In this document: piece by piece, positions 9,883 through 17,841 of the stretch
Layout: every line of letters starts with the position of its first letter
Numbering within the stretch: the stretch's first letter is position 1
Origin: Actinomycetes bacterium
GTDB taxonomy: Bacteria > Actinomycetota > Actinomycetes > Prado026
Length of the DNA stretch: 64,000 nucleotides
Assembly (NCBI GenBank): GCA_038252405.1
Contig: JBBSAJ010000009.1
Span: forward strand, 3,670 to 67,669
Direction: 5' to 3'
Notes under the pieces: generated by a model
The model's database searches: none
Seen by the model: the letters and a program-made list of their open reading frames with translations, nothing else
Told to the model about the DNA's origin: nothing
Position numbers and translations under genes: made by a program

Positions 9883-10334
9883 GCACCTCAAGTGGCCGAC
9901 GGTTGCCGACCAGGAAGGTGGACCTGGAGACGGCGGCCCGGCTGGACACTGCCATCGGTCGCTGGGTGCGCTGGACGCGCCGCAACCAGCCGGCCCCGTT
10001 CGGACCCGGCGTGCTCTCGGCGCTTGCCTCGATCATGGACGTCGGACCGATCCGGCTCGGTGACCTGGCGGCCCGTGAGGGCGTCACGCCGGCCACGCTG
10101 TCGCGGATCGTGGCCACCCTGGAGAAGGAGAAGCTGCTCAAGCGGCGGACCGACCCCGAGGACCGCCGGTCCGCGTTCGTCGAGATCACCGAGGCCGGCC
10201 GCTCGATGGTGGTCGGGCTGCGGCAGGCCCGCGGGCAGGCGCTGATGGACCGGCTGCCCGCGCTGACCGCCGAGCAGCGGGCCCTGCTGAAGACCGTGGT
10301 CGAAGCGGTCGAGCGGATGGACATCGAGGGGTAG
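9879..10334 (+). CDS. MarR family transcriptional regulator
   Basis: ATGA overlap with the MFS stop, and a winged-HTH MarR signature (LGDLAAREGVTPATLSRIV...DPEDRRS). Confidence 0.8.
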   Translation: MSTSSGRRLPTRKVDLETAARLDTAIGRWVRWTRRNQPAPFGPGVLSALASIMDVGPIRLGDLAAREGVTPATLSRIVATLEKEKLLKRRTDPEDRRSAFVEITEAGRSMVVGLRQARGQALMDRLPALTAEQRALLKTVVEAVERMDIEG

Positions 10335-10349
10335 TCGACCCCCTCGTAG

Positions 10350-10517
10350 CGCGTGCCCGCACGGGACGAAGCGCCCCTGACCTGGGCCCAGAGCACCAAG
10401 GACCGGGTGGAGCGACTCATCGCGTCGGGCCGCCTGACCGCCGCCGGGCTGGCCGCCATCGAGCGGGCCAAGGCGGACGGCTCCTGGACGGCTCCTGGAC
10501 GGCGCTGGATCCGGTAA
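10350..10517 (+). pseudogene. C-terminal fragment of a YdeI/OmpD-associated family gene (APLTWAQSTKDRVERLIASGRLTAAGLAAIERAKADGSW...), with an 11-bp tandem duplication near the 3' end
   Basis: Only about 45 residues of a family that normally has about 190 aa. The frame is closed by TAG at 10347. The direct repeat GACGGCTCCTG x2 lies at about 10476-10497. Confidence 0.45.
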
Positions 10518-10609
10518 GCGGCGACGAGCCGCTGGTGCGCTGAGCAGACGGCTCCGGAAGGACCTTCGGCTCATCACCCGAGCCCGGCCCAGGCAGCAGG
10601 CTGGACGGC

Positions 10610-12901
10610 GTGAAGAGGCTGTGCAGCCACTTCGAAATGCTGCTGTTCGCGCTCTCGCTGCTGCTGCTGGCCGCGGGAGCGCTGGCACACGCCGTCAGGG
10701 CGGCCCGGCTGGGCGACGCGTGCTGGACGGCCGACGCCACGCTCGGACTGGTCGTCTCGACGGGGTGGATGCTGGCCAGCCTGTGGCGCCACCAGCTCGG
10801 CGTCGACCTGATCGCCGTCCTGGCGCTGGCCGGGGCGCTGGCCGTGGGGGAGCCGTTCGCCGGTGCGGTCATCACCGTGATGCTGGCGAGCGGACGGCTG
10901 CTGGAGGCCAGGGCCGAGGCCAGGGCGCGCCGGGACCTCAGCCTGCTGGTCGAGCGGGCGCCGCGCACGGCGCGGCGGCTGCGGGACGGGACCATCACCG
11001 AGGTCCCCGTCGAGGATGTCGCCAGGGGGGACCAGGTCGTCGTCGGCCCCGGCGAGGTCGTCCCGGTGGACGGCCGGCTGCAGCAGCCGGGCGTGCTCGA
11101 CGAGTCGATGCTCACCGGCGAGTCGCTCCCGGTGGAGCGCGAGCCCGGCGAGGAGGTCCGCAGCGGTGCGGTCAATGCCGGGCCACCGGTCATCCTGGTG
11201 GCGACCGCGGTGGCCGCCGACTCGACCTACGCCCACATCGTGCGCCTGGTCGAGCAGGCCCAGGCGTCCTCAGCGCCGTTCGTGCGCACGGCCGACCGGT
11301 TCGCGGTCGCCTTCGTGCCGTTCACCCTGCTGCTCGCCGGGGCCGCCTGGCTGGCCGCGGCGGACCCGGTCCGGGCGGTCGCCGTCCTCGTCGTCGCGAC
11401 GCCGTGCCCGCTGCTGCTCGCGGCCCCGATCGCGATCATGTCCGGACTGTCCCAGGCCGCCCGGGTCGGGGTCGTGGTCAAGGGCGGCGGCGCGCTCGAG
11501 CGGCTGGCCGCCGGGCGGGTGCTGCTGTTCGACAAGACCGGGACGCTGACCCGCGGGCAGCCGGTCGTCGTCGAGGTGGTGGCGCCCGACGCGGCGACCC
11601 CGGCGGCTGAGCTGCTCCGGGTGGCGGCCTCGCTCGACCAGGTGTCTCCGCACCTGCTGGCCGGGGCCATCGTCGCCGCGGCCGGCGCGCGGGAGCTGCC
11701 CCTCGTCCTGCCGGAGCAGGTGGTCGAGCGGGCCGGCTACGGCATCGAGGGCGTCGTCGAGGGCCGCCGGGTGCGGTTGGGCAAGGTGAGCTGGGTGCTG
11801 CCGGGGGAGCTGCCCGGCTGGGCCCGCCAGGTGCGGCGCCGGGCCGCGCTGGACGGCTCGCTCACGGTGTTCGCCGCGCTGGAGGGGCAGCCGGCCGGAG
11901 CGTTCGTGCTCGAGGACCCGATCCGAGGCGACGCCCCACGGATGGTCCGGGCGTTGCGGCAGGCGGGGATCACCCGCACGGTGCTCGTCACCGGCGACCG
12001 CGCGGACGTGGCCGAGTCGGTTGGCCGGATGGTGGGCGTGGACGCCGTCCAGGCCGACCGAGACCCCGCGGACAAGTTGGCCGTCGTCGTGGCGGAGCGC
12101 GTGCACGGGCCGACGATCATGGTGGGGGACGGCGTCAACGACGCTCCGGCGCTGGCCGCCGCCGACGTGGGCGTCGCGCTGGCGGCGCGGGGGGCCACGG
12201 CATCGTCCGAGGCGGCCGATGTCGTCCTCACGGTCGACCGCATCGACGGGCTGGCCGACGCGATCCTGATCGCGCGTCGCTCCCGACGGATCGCACTGGA
12301 GAGCGTGCTGCTGGGCATGGGGCTGTCCCTCGTGGCCATGATCGCGGCGGCGCTGGGCCACCTCCCGCCGGCCGCCGGGGCGCTGCTGCAGGAGGTCATC
12401 GACGTGCTGGCGATCCTCAGCGCGCTGCGCGCGGTGCTGCCGGGGCAGCGGCACACGGTACGGATGGCGGTGGCCGACGCGGAGCTGACCGCCCGGCTGC
12501 AGGCCGAGCACCTGGCCACCCGGCCGATCGTGGAGGGGCTGCGGGACGTCGCCGACTCACTCGACCGCAGGGCAGGCGACCTCGCGCCGGTGCACGCTCT
12601 GATGGCCAGGCTGGACGCCGAACTGCTGCCGCACGAGTACGCCGAGGAGGCCGAGCTGGTGCCGCTGATGGCCCGGCTGCTCGGCGGGCCGGACCCGGTG
12701 GGCTCGCTCAGTCGCACCCACGCCGAGATCGACCACCAGGTGGCGCGGCTGCGCCGGCTGCTGGACGAGCTCGGGGACGCCGAGCCCGAACCGGAGGACG
12801 TGCTGGAGCTGCGCCGGGTGCTGTACGGGCTCTATGGCGTCCTGCGGCTGCACAACGCGCAGGAGGAGGAGAGCGTCTTCAGCCTGCTCGCCGATGCCTG
12901 A
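10610..12901 (+). CDS. P1B-5-type heavy-metal P-type ATPase with a C-terminal hemerythrin-like (HHE) domain
   Basis: DKTGTLT, TGD and GDGVNDAPAL motifs, with TPCP in the TM4-equivalent helix instead of CPC. There is no N-terminal metal-binding domain. The C-terminal ~150 aa carry H...HxxxE repeats. Confidence 0.75.
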   Translation: MKRLCSHFEMLLFALSLLLLAAGALAHAVRAARLGDACWTADATLGLVVSTGWMLASLWRHQLGVDLIAVLALAGALAVGEPFAGAVITVMLASGRLLEARAEARARRDLSLLVERAPRTARRLRDGTITEVPVEDVARGDQVVVGPGEVVPVDGRLQQPGVLDESMLTGESLPVEREPGEEVRSGAVNAGPPVILVATAVAADSTYAHIVRLVEQAQASSAPFVRTADRFAVAFVPFTLLLAGAAWLAAADPVRAVAVLVVATPCPLLLAAPIAIMSGLSQAARVGVVVKGGGALERLAAGRVLLFDKTGTLTRGQPVVVEVVAPDAATPAAELLRVAASLDQVSPHLLAGAIVAAAGARELPLVLPEQVVERAGYGIEGVVEGRRVRLGKVSWVLPGELPGWARQVRRRAALDGSLTVFAALEGQPAGAFVLEDPIRGDAPRMVRALRQAGITRTVLVTGDRADVAESVGRMVGVDAVQADRDPADKLAVVVAERVHGPTIMVGDGVNDAPALAAADVGVALAARGATASSEAADVVLTVDRIDGLADAILIARRSRRIALESVLLGMGLSLVAMIAAALGHLPPAAGALLQEVIDVLAILSALRAVLPGQRHTVRMAVADAELTARLQAEHLATRPIVEGLRDVADSLDRRAGDLAPVHALMARLDAELLPHEYAEEAELVPLMARLLGGPDPVGSLSRTHAEIDHQVARLRRLLDELGDAEPEPEDVLELRRVLYGLYGVLRLHNAQEEESVFSLLADA

Positions 12902-12927
12902 GCAGGCGGTGCGCGGGGGGAGTCGGG

Positions 12928-13431
12928 TCAGGCCTGGACGGCCGGGCGCGGGCGGGCGTCCGGCACGGCGGCCGGGTCCACGTCGAACCGGTCGAGCATG
13001 GCATCGCAGGCGCGTTCGAGCTCGTCGAGCTGGGCGCCGGACAACGCGTCGACCACCAGGTGGCGCACCATGTCGACATGCCCGGGCGCGGTCTCGACGA
13101 GCTTGGCGTAACCGGCGTCCGTGAGCACGGCGACGAAGCCCCGACGATCCTCCGGGCACGGGTCACGGCGCACCCAGCCGCGCTCCTCCAGCTTGGCCAC
13201 GGCGTGCGAGATGCGCGACTGCGAAGCGCTCGCGCGGGCAGCCAGCTCACTCATCCGCAGCTTGTGGTCGGGGGCCTCCGACAGCATGGCCAGCGTCCAG
13301 TACCCGAAGTGGGTCAGCTGCGCGTCCCGCTGCAGCTGGGCGTCCAGCGCCGACGGCAGCAGCGTCATGAGCGCGGCGAGCTTGCGCCAGGCCCTCTGCT
13401 CGTCGTCGGTGAGCCACTGGGTGCGCGTCAT
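12928..13431 (-). CDS. MarR family transcriptional regulator
   Basis: ATG 13431 is M13 of the track ORF, and the motif DPCPEDRRGFVAVLTDAG is present. It is divergent from the dioxygenase gene. Confidence 0.75.
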   Translation of the reverse strand: MTRTQWLTDDEQRAWRKLAALMTLLPSALDAQLQRDAQLTHFGYWTLAMLSEAPDHKLRMSELAARASASQSRISHAVAKLEERGWVRRDPCPEDRRGFVAVLTDAGYAKLVETAPGHVDMVRHLVVDALSGAQLDELERACDAMLDRFDVDPAAVPDARPRPAVQA

Positions 13432-13452
13432 GCTGGCCAGCGTAGCGTATAT

Positions 13453-13470
13453 TACTTGATTGTTCAAGTA
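13453..13470. promoter_or_regulatory. Perfect 7-4-7 palindrome TACTTGA-TTGT-TCAAGTA in an AT-rich island; candidate MarR operator
   Basis: It sits in the 95-bp divergent spacer between the marR-like gene and the LigB-type dioxygenase gene. This is the only AT-rich stretch in the region. Confidence 0.5.
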
Positions 13471-13525
13471 TCAGTCCGTACGGTGGTCGATGTTCTGCAC
13501 GAGGAGGCGCACACTGAGCCAGCCG

Positions 13526-14293
13526 ATGCCAGCCCTGTACCTGGGGCACGGGGCTCCGCCGCTGCTGGACGACGCGCTGTGGACCGCCCAGCTGGCTGCC
13601 TGGGCTGGCGCGCTGCCGCGGCCCACCGGGATCGTCATCGTGTCGGCGCACTGGGAGTCGGCGCCGCTGACCCTGAGCGCACCAGCCGCCGGGACGCCGC
13701 TGGTCTACGACTTTGGCGGCTTCGACGCGAAGTACCACCGGATGACCTACCGGACGCCGGACGCGACGGGGCTGGCCCGGCGGGTCGCCGCGATGATGCC
13801 GGACGACGAGGCGGTGCACGCGCACCCGAGCCGCGGCCTGGACCACGGGGCCTGGGTGCCGCTGAAGGTGATGTACCCCGACGCTGACGTCCCGGTGCTG
13901 CAGGTGTCGATGCCGACGATGGACCCGGCCCGGCTGATGGAGCTCGGCCACAGGCTGCGCCCGCTGCGCGCGGAGGGGGTGCTGGTCATCGGGTCCGGCT
14001 TCCTCACCCACGGCCTGCCGTTCCTGCGTGACTTCCGGGTGGACGCCGCCGCGCCCGGCTGGTCGGCGGACTTCGACGCATGGGCCGCGGACGCGTTCGC
14101 TCGCGGTGACGTGGACGAGGTCGCGGCGTTCCGCACCCGGGCGCCGGGCATGCCGTACGCCCATCCGACGGTGGAGCACTTCGCCCCGCTGTTCGTGACC
14201 CTCGGCGCCGCCACCGACCCGGGGGCCCCGCCGGCGCAGGTGATCGACGGGTTCTTCCTGGGGCTGGCCAAGCGGTCCGTCCAGGTCGCTTGA
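13526..14293 (+). CDS. extradiol ring-cleavage dioxygenase, class III subunit B (LigB/DODA/YgiD-like)
   Basis: ATG 13526 follows GAGGAGG. A LigB-family histidine-containing motif is present (SAHWES...HG). Confidence 0.7.
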   Translation: MPALYLGHGAPPLLDDALWTAQLAAWAGALPRPTGIVIVSAHWESAPLTLSAPAAGTPLVYDFGGFDAKYHRMTYRTPDATGLARRVAAMMPDDEAVHAHPSRGLDHGAWVPLKVMYPDADVPVLQVSMPTMDPARLMELGHRLRPLRAEGVLVIGSGFLTHGLPFLRDFRVDAAAPGWSADFDAWAADAFARGDVDEVAAFRTRAPGMPYAHPTVEHFAPLFVTLGAATDPGAPPAQVIDGFFLGLAKRSVQVA

Positions 14294-14341
14294 CCTGAGC
14301 GAAACACCGGTTGCATAGGCTGCGGCCATGGGGCCGAAGGC

Positions 14342-15853
14342 ATGACGGGGACGACGTCGGGTGGCGTGGGGCTGCGCTCGGAGCGGGGGCCGGTGCTGGC
14401 CGCCCTGATGCTCTCCATCGCGTTGGTGGCGCTGGACAGCACCATCATCGCCACCGCCATCCCGTCCATCGTGCGCGACCTGGGTGGCTTCTCCCGTTTC
14501 CCGTGGCTGTTCTCGATCTACCTGCTGACCCAGGCAGTCACCGTCCCGCTGTACGGCAAGTACGCCGACGTGATCGGCCGCAAGCCGGTGCTGCTGTTCG
14601 GGATCGGCCTGTTCGTGCTGGGGTCGGTGCTGTCCGGGTTCGCGTGGAGCATGACGGCGCTCATCGTGTTCCGCGGCCTGCAGGGGCTCGGAGCCGGTGC
14701 GGTGCAGCCGATCAGCATGACGATCGTGGGTGACCTCTACTCGGTCGCCGAGCGGGCCAAGGTGCAGGGCTACATCGCCAGCGTGTGGGGAGTCGCGTCG
14801 GTGCTCGGGCCCGCCCTCGGCGGGCTGTTCGCCCAGTACGGCTCCTGGCGCTGGATCTTCTTCGTCAACGTGCCGGTGGGCGCGCTCGCCGTGTGGATGC
14901 TGGTGCGCAACTTCCACGAGAACGTCGTCCACCGGGAGCACACGATCGACTTCCTCGGCGCGGCGATGCTCACCCTCGGGTGCTCGCTGCTCATCCTCGG
15001 CCTGCTCGAGGGCGGTGTCGCCTGGGGGTGGGGGTCGCCGCAGAGCCTGCTGGTGCTCGGCGGAGGGCTGGTCGCCGTGGTGGCCTTCGTCCAGGTGGAG
15101 CGGCGCGCGGTCGAACCGGTGCTGCCGCTATGGGTGTTCCGGCACCGCACCCTGGTCAGCGGCAACCTGGCCGCGATGATGGTCGGTGCCCTGCTCATCG
15201 GGCTCAGCTCCTACGTGCCGACCTACGTGCAGGGCGTGCTGGGCACCGGCGCGTTGGTGGCCGGGTTCGCGCTGGCCGCGCTGACGGTCGGCTGGCCGAT
15301 CGCCGCTGCGTTCTCCGGGCGGATCTACCTGCGGATCGGGTTCCGGGACACCGCTGTCATCGGCGGGGTCGTGGTCATCCTGGGCGCGGTGCTCGTGGCC
15401 CTGCTGACGGCGTCGTCGGCGGTGTGGCAGGTCGGGGCCGCCTGTTTCGTCGTGGGGGTGGGGCTCGGGCTGTCCAACGCGCCCATCGTCGTGGCGGTGC
15501 AGTCGGTGGTCGGGTGGGAGAGCCGCGGTGTGGTGACCGGCACCAACATGTTCAGCCGCTCCATCGGCAGCGCCGTCGGGATCGCGGTGCTGGGTGCCAT
15601 CGCCAATGCGACGCTGGCGAACCGCCTCGAGCACGTGCCGGCAGCCCTGCACGGCCGGCTGCCGGCCAATCCGGACGCCACCAGCCTGGTACTCGGTGGG
15701 CACACCGGGGAGCCGACGGCGGTGGCCGCCTTCCTGCGCGCGGCGCTGTTCGACGCCACCCATCACGTCTTCCAGTCCCTCGTGGTGGTCGCCGTCCTGA
15801 TGATGCTCGCGGTGCTGACGATGCCCCGCCGCACCCGCGAGATCGTCACGTAG
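14342..15853 (+). CDS. MFS transporter, DHA2 family (14 transmembrane segments)
   Basis: 503-aa polytopic MFS protein. Its TAG stop lies about 10 bp before MITE copy 4. Confidence 0.8.
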   Translation: MTGTTSGGVGLRSERGPVLAALMLSIALVALDSTIIATAIPSIVRDLGGFSRFPWLFSIYLLTQAVTVPLYGKYADVIGRKPVLLFGIGLFVLGSVLSGFAWSMTALIVFRGLQGLGAGAVQPISMTIVGDLYSVAERAKVQGYIASVWGVASVLGPALGGLFAQYGSWRWIFFVNVPVGALAVWMLVRNFHENVVHREHTIDFLGAAMLTLGCSLLILGLLEGGVAWGWGSPQSLLVLGGGLVAVVAFVQVERRAVEPVLPLWVFRHRTLVSGNLAAMMVGALLIGLSSYVPTYVQGVLGTGALVAGFALAALTVGWPIAAAFSGRIYLRIGFRDTAVIGGVVVILGAVLVALLTASSAVWQVGAACFVVGVGLGLSNAPIVVAVQSVVGWESRGVVTGTNMFSRSIGSAVGIAVLGAIANATLANRLEHVPAALHGRLPANPDATSLVLGGHTGEPTAVAAFLRAALFDATHHVFQSLVVVAVLMMLAVLTMPRRTREIVT

Positions 15854-15863
15854 CCCGCCGCCG

Positions 15864-15979
15864 CCACCCCCCACCCGCATGAAGGGTCAGCCAGCGACCG
15901 GCAGGCCGTCGTCCGCCGGTAATGAGAAGGGTGGGTTGTTGCGGCAGTGCGCACAGAAGGGGCCCTTCATGCAGGGGGG
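15864..15979. mobile_element. MITE-like element, copy 4 (truncated left arm plus full right arm)
   Basis: CCCCACCCGCATGAAGGGTC...GGTGGGTTGTTGCGGCAGTGCGCACAGAAGGGGCCCTTCATGCAGGGGGG. The TGA stop of the GNAT gene 15967..16614 lies inside the right arm. Confidence 0.7.
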
Positions 15980-16614
15980 AGGCCGAAGAGGGGGCGGCAG
16001 CGGTCGAAGCCGCTGATGGTCACGTCGGGCCGGTCGCTGCGCGCCAGCCACGCCTCGCGGGTCAGCCGCAGGTGCACCATGACGTCGACGTCCGTGCCGC
16101 GGCGGTGCAGTGACTCGCCGTTGGGCAGGTACCCAAGGGACCGGGAGACGCCGAGCGAGGCCTGGTTGTCGTGCCACGCCTCGGTGATCGCTGCGTGCGC
16201 GGCCAGCGGACCGAACGCCAGGGCCAGTACTGCGGCGCGCATCTGCTTGCCGAGCCCCCGCCCCCGCGCCGACGTCACCAGGAACGACGACGTGTCCACC
16301 GTGCGCAGCGTGGGGAAGTCGTTCCCCTCCAGCTCCTGGGCTCCGATCAGCTCGCCGCCGGCCAGCACGGCGAAGTTCAGCCGCCACGCCTCAGGTCGCC
16401 AGCCCCCGTACCCGTGCCAGTACGCCTGGTGGACGACGGCGGCTCGGGTGGCACGCTCGTCCAGCCCCGGGTAGGTGGTGGCCGCCGGGTCGAGCTCGAC
16501 GTCGTCCGGCAGCAGGCGGGCCACGGTGGACTGGTCGGCCTCGGTCATCGGGCGCAGCACCAGGTCGGGTGTGGTCAGCAGCAGGTCGAACAGCGGCCAA
16601 TAGGGATGGGCCAT
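15967..16614 (-). CDS. GNAT family N-acetyltransferase (RimJ/RimL-like)
   Basis: 215 aa. It is flanked on both sides by MITE copies 4 and 5. Confidence 0.7.
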   Translation of the reverse strand: MAHPYWPLFDLLLTTPDLVLRPMTEADQSTVARLLPDDVELDPAATTYPGLDERATRAAVVHQAYWHGYGGWRPEAWRLNFAVLAGGELIGAQELEGNDFPTLRTVDTSSFLVTSARGRGLGKQMRAAVLALAFGPLAAHAAITEAWHDNQASLGVSRSLGYLPNGESLHRRGTDVDVMVHLRLTREAWLARSDRPDVTISGFDRCRPLFGLPPA

Positions 16615-16667
16615 GGGACGACGCTACGCACCGGTCGAAGTCTCACGCAGCCACTCGGCTGAGCGGA

Positions 16668-16733
16668 CCGTGAAGGGCGGGTTGTTACGGCCACACGCAC
16701 AGAAGGGTCCCTTCATGCGGGTGGGGGGTGGGG
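16668..16733. mobile_element. MITE-like element, copy 5 (solo right arm)
   Basis: CCGTGAAGGGCGGGTTGTTACGGCCACACGCACAGAAGGGTCCCTTCATGCGGGTGGGGGGTGGGG. It directly abuts the stop of the methyltransferase gene at 16734. Confidence 0.65.
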
Positions 16734-17561
16734 TCAGCGGAGGCGGGTGGCCTGCAGGGTGTAGCTGAGCGGCAGCCGCCACGGGCGGTCCAGCAGCCGG
16801 TACTCGCCGTCGTCGCCGCGCTGCATCCGGCCGGGCAGCGCGTCCCAGGGCACGCTGTCGTGCTCGACCAGCGTGGTCAGCTGTAGGCCGGCGTCCCGCA
16901 GTGCGGTGACGGTCTCGCCGAGCCCGTGGTTCCACTCGTGGGTCTCGTTGTGCTCGAAGGTCGTGTCGGTCTCGACGTAGGTGCCCGGCTCGTCGAGGAC
17001 CAGTGGCTCGGGCCGCTCGAAGTAGGGGTAGTCGACGACGAGCAGACCGTCCGGGCGGGCGTCGTCCAGGGCCCAGAGCATCGGGTGGCCCTCGCGGAGG
17101 AACAGCCGCCCGCCGGGCCGCAGCAGCGCGGCCACGACGTCAGCCCACCGCCGCACCTCGGGCAGCCAGCACAGCGCGCCGATCCCGGTGAACACCAGGT
17201 CGAACGACGACGGCTCCAGCGCCTCGGCCGCCGCGTACACGTCGGACTCCACGAAGTCGACGTCCGCACCGCAGTCCTGGGCGAGCCGGCGGGCTTGGGC
17301 CAGCGAAGCCGCGGAGAAGTCGAGCCCGGTCATCCGCGCGCCCAGCCGGGACAGCGACACGGTGTCGGTGCCGATGTGGCACTGCAGGTGCACCCCGCGC
17401 AGGCCGGTGAGGTCCCCGAGGCGCGGCAGGTCGAAGCGCACCACGTCACTGACGAACGTCGGGTCCTCGACGAAGCGCGCGAAGGCGTACTCGGGGGACG
17501 CCGCGTGGGCGGGCGCGCGCTCGTCCCAGCTGGCCCGGTTCACCGCTCGGTAGTCGCGCAT
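16734..17561 (-). CDS. class I SAM-dependent methyltransferase
   Basis: ATG 17561 is M102 of the track ORF, and the SAM-binding motif LDFSAASLAQARRLA is present. Confidence 0.65.
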   Translation of the reverse strand: MRDYRAVNRASWDERAPAHAASPEYAFARFVEDPTFVSDVVRFDLPRLGDLTGLRGVHLQCHIGTDTVSLSRLGARMTGLDFSAASLAQARRLAQDCGADVDFVESDVYAAAEALEPSSFDLVFTGIGALCWLPEVRRWADVVAALLRPGGRLFLREGHPMLWALDDARPDGLLVVDYPYFERPEPLVLDEPGTYVETDTTFEHNETHEWNHGLGETVTALRDAGLQLTTLVEHDSVPWDALPGRMQRGDDGEYRLLDRPWRLPLSYTLQATRLR

Positions 17562-17601
17562 GAGCCCACCGTGCCACTTTCGTTCCCCGAGCGGACTCCC
17601 T

Positions 17602-17640
17602 GGGAACGTTATGCCCCCCGCAGGCGCCATAACGTTCTCC
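17602..17640. promoter_or_regulatory. Inverted repeat GGGAACGTTATG-N14-CATAACGTTCTCC in the hydrogenase operon leader; candidate operator
   Basis: It lies about 200 bp upstream of the first hydrogenase gene, inside a 280-bp leader that is shared divergently with the methyltransferase gene. Confidence 0.35.
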
Positions 17641-17841
17641 CCGCGTCCACTCGCGAGCGTGCTCCTCGAGGACTGGCCGCGTATCTGTGCCCGTCGGCTC
17701 GGGGGGCCCGTCACGCTCACTGGTGCTCCATTCGAGCCGGGTGCCGCAGGGGTGACGGGGGTCTCGTCGCCGCTGGGACCATTGGCACTCCCTGCGCCCC
17801 GCAGCCCCACCGAGGATGGAGCGCAGGAGGGCGAGGAGAGA

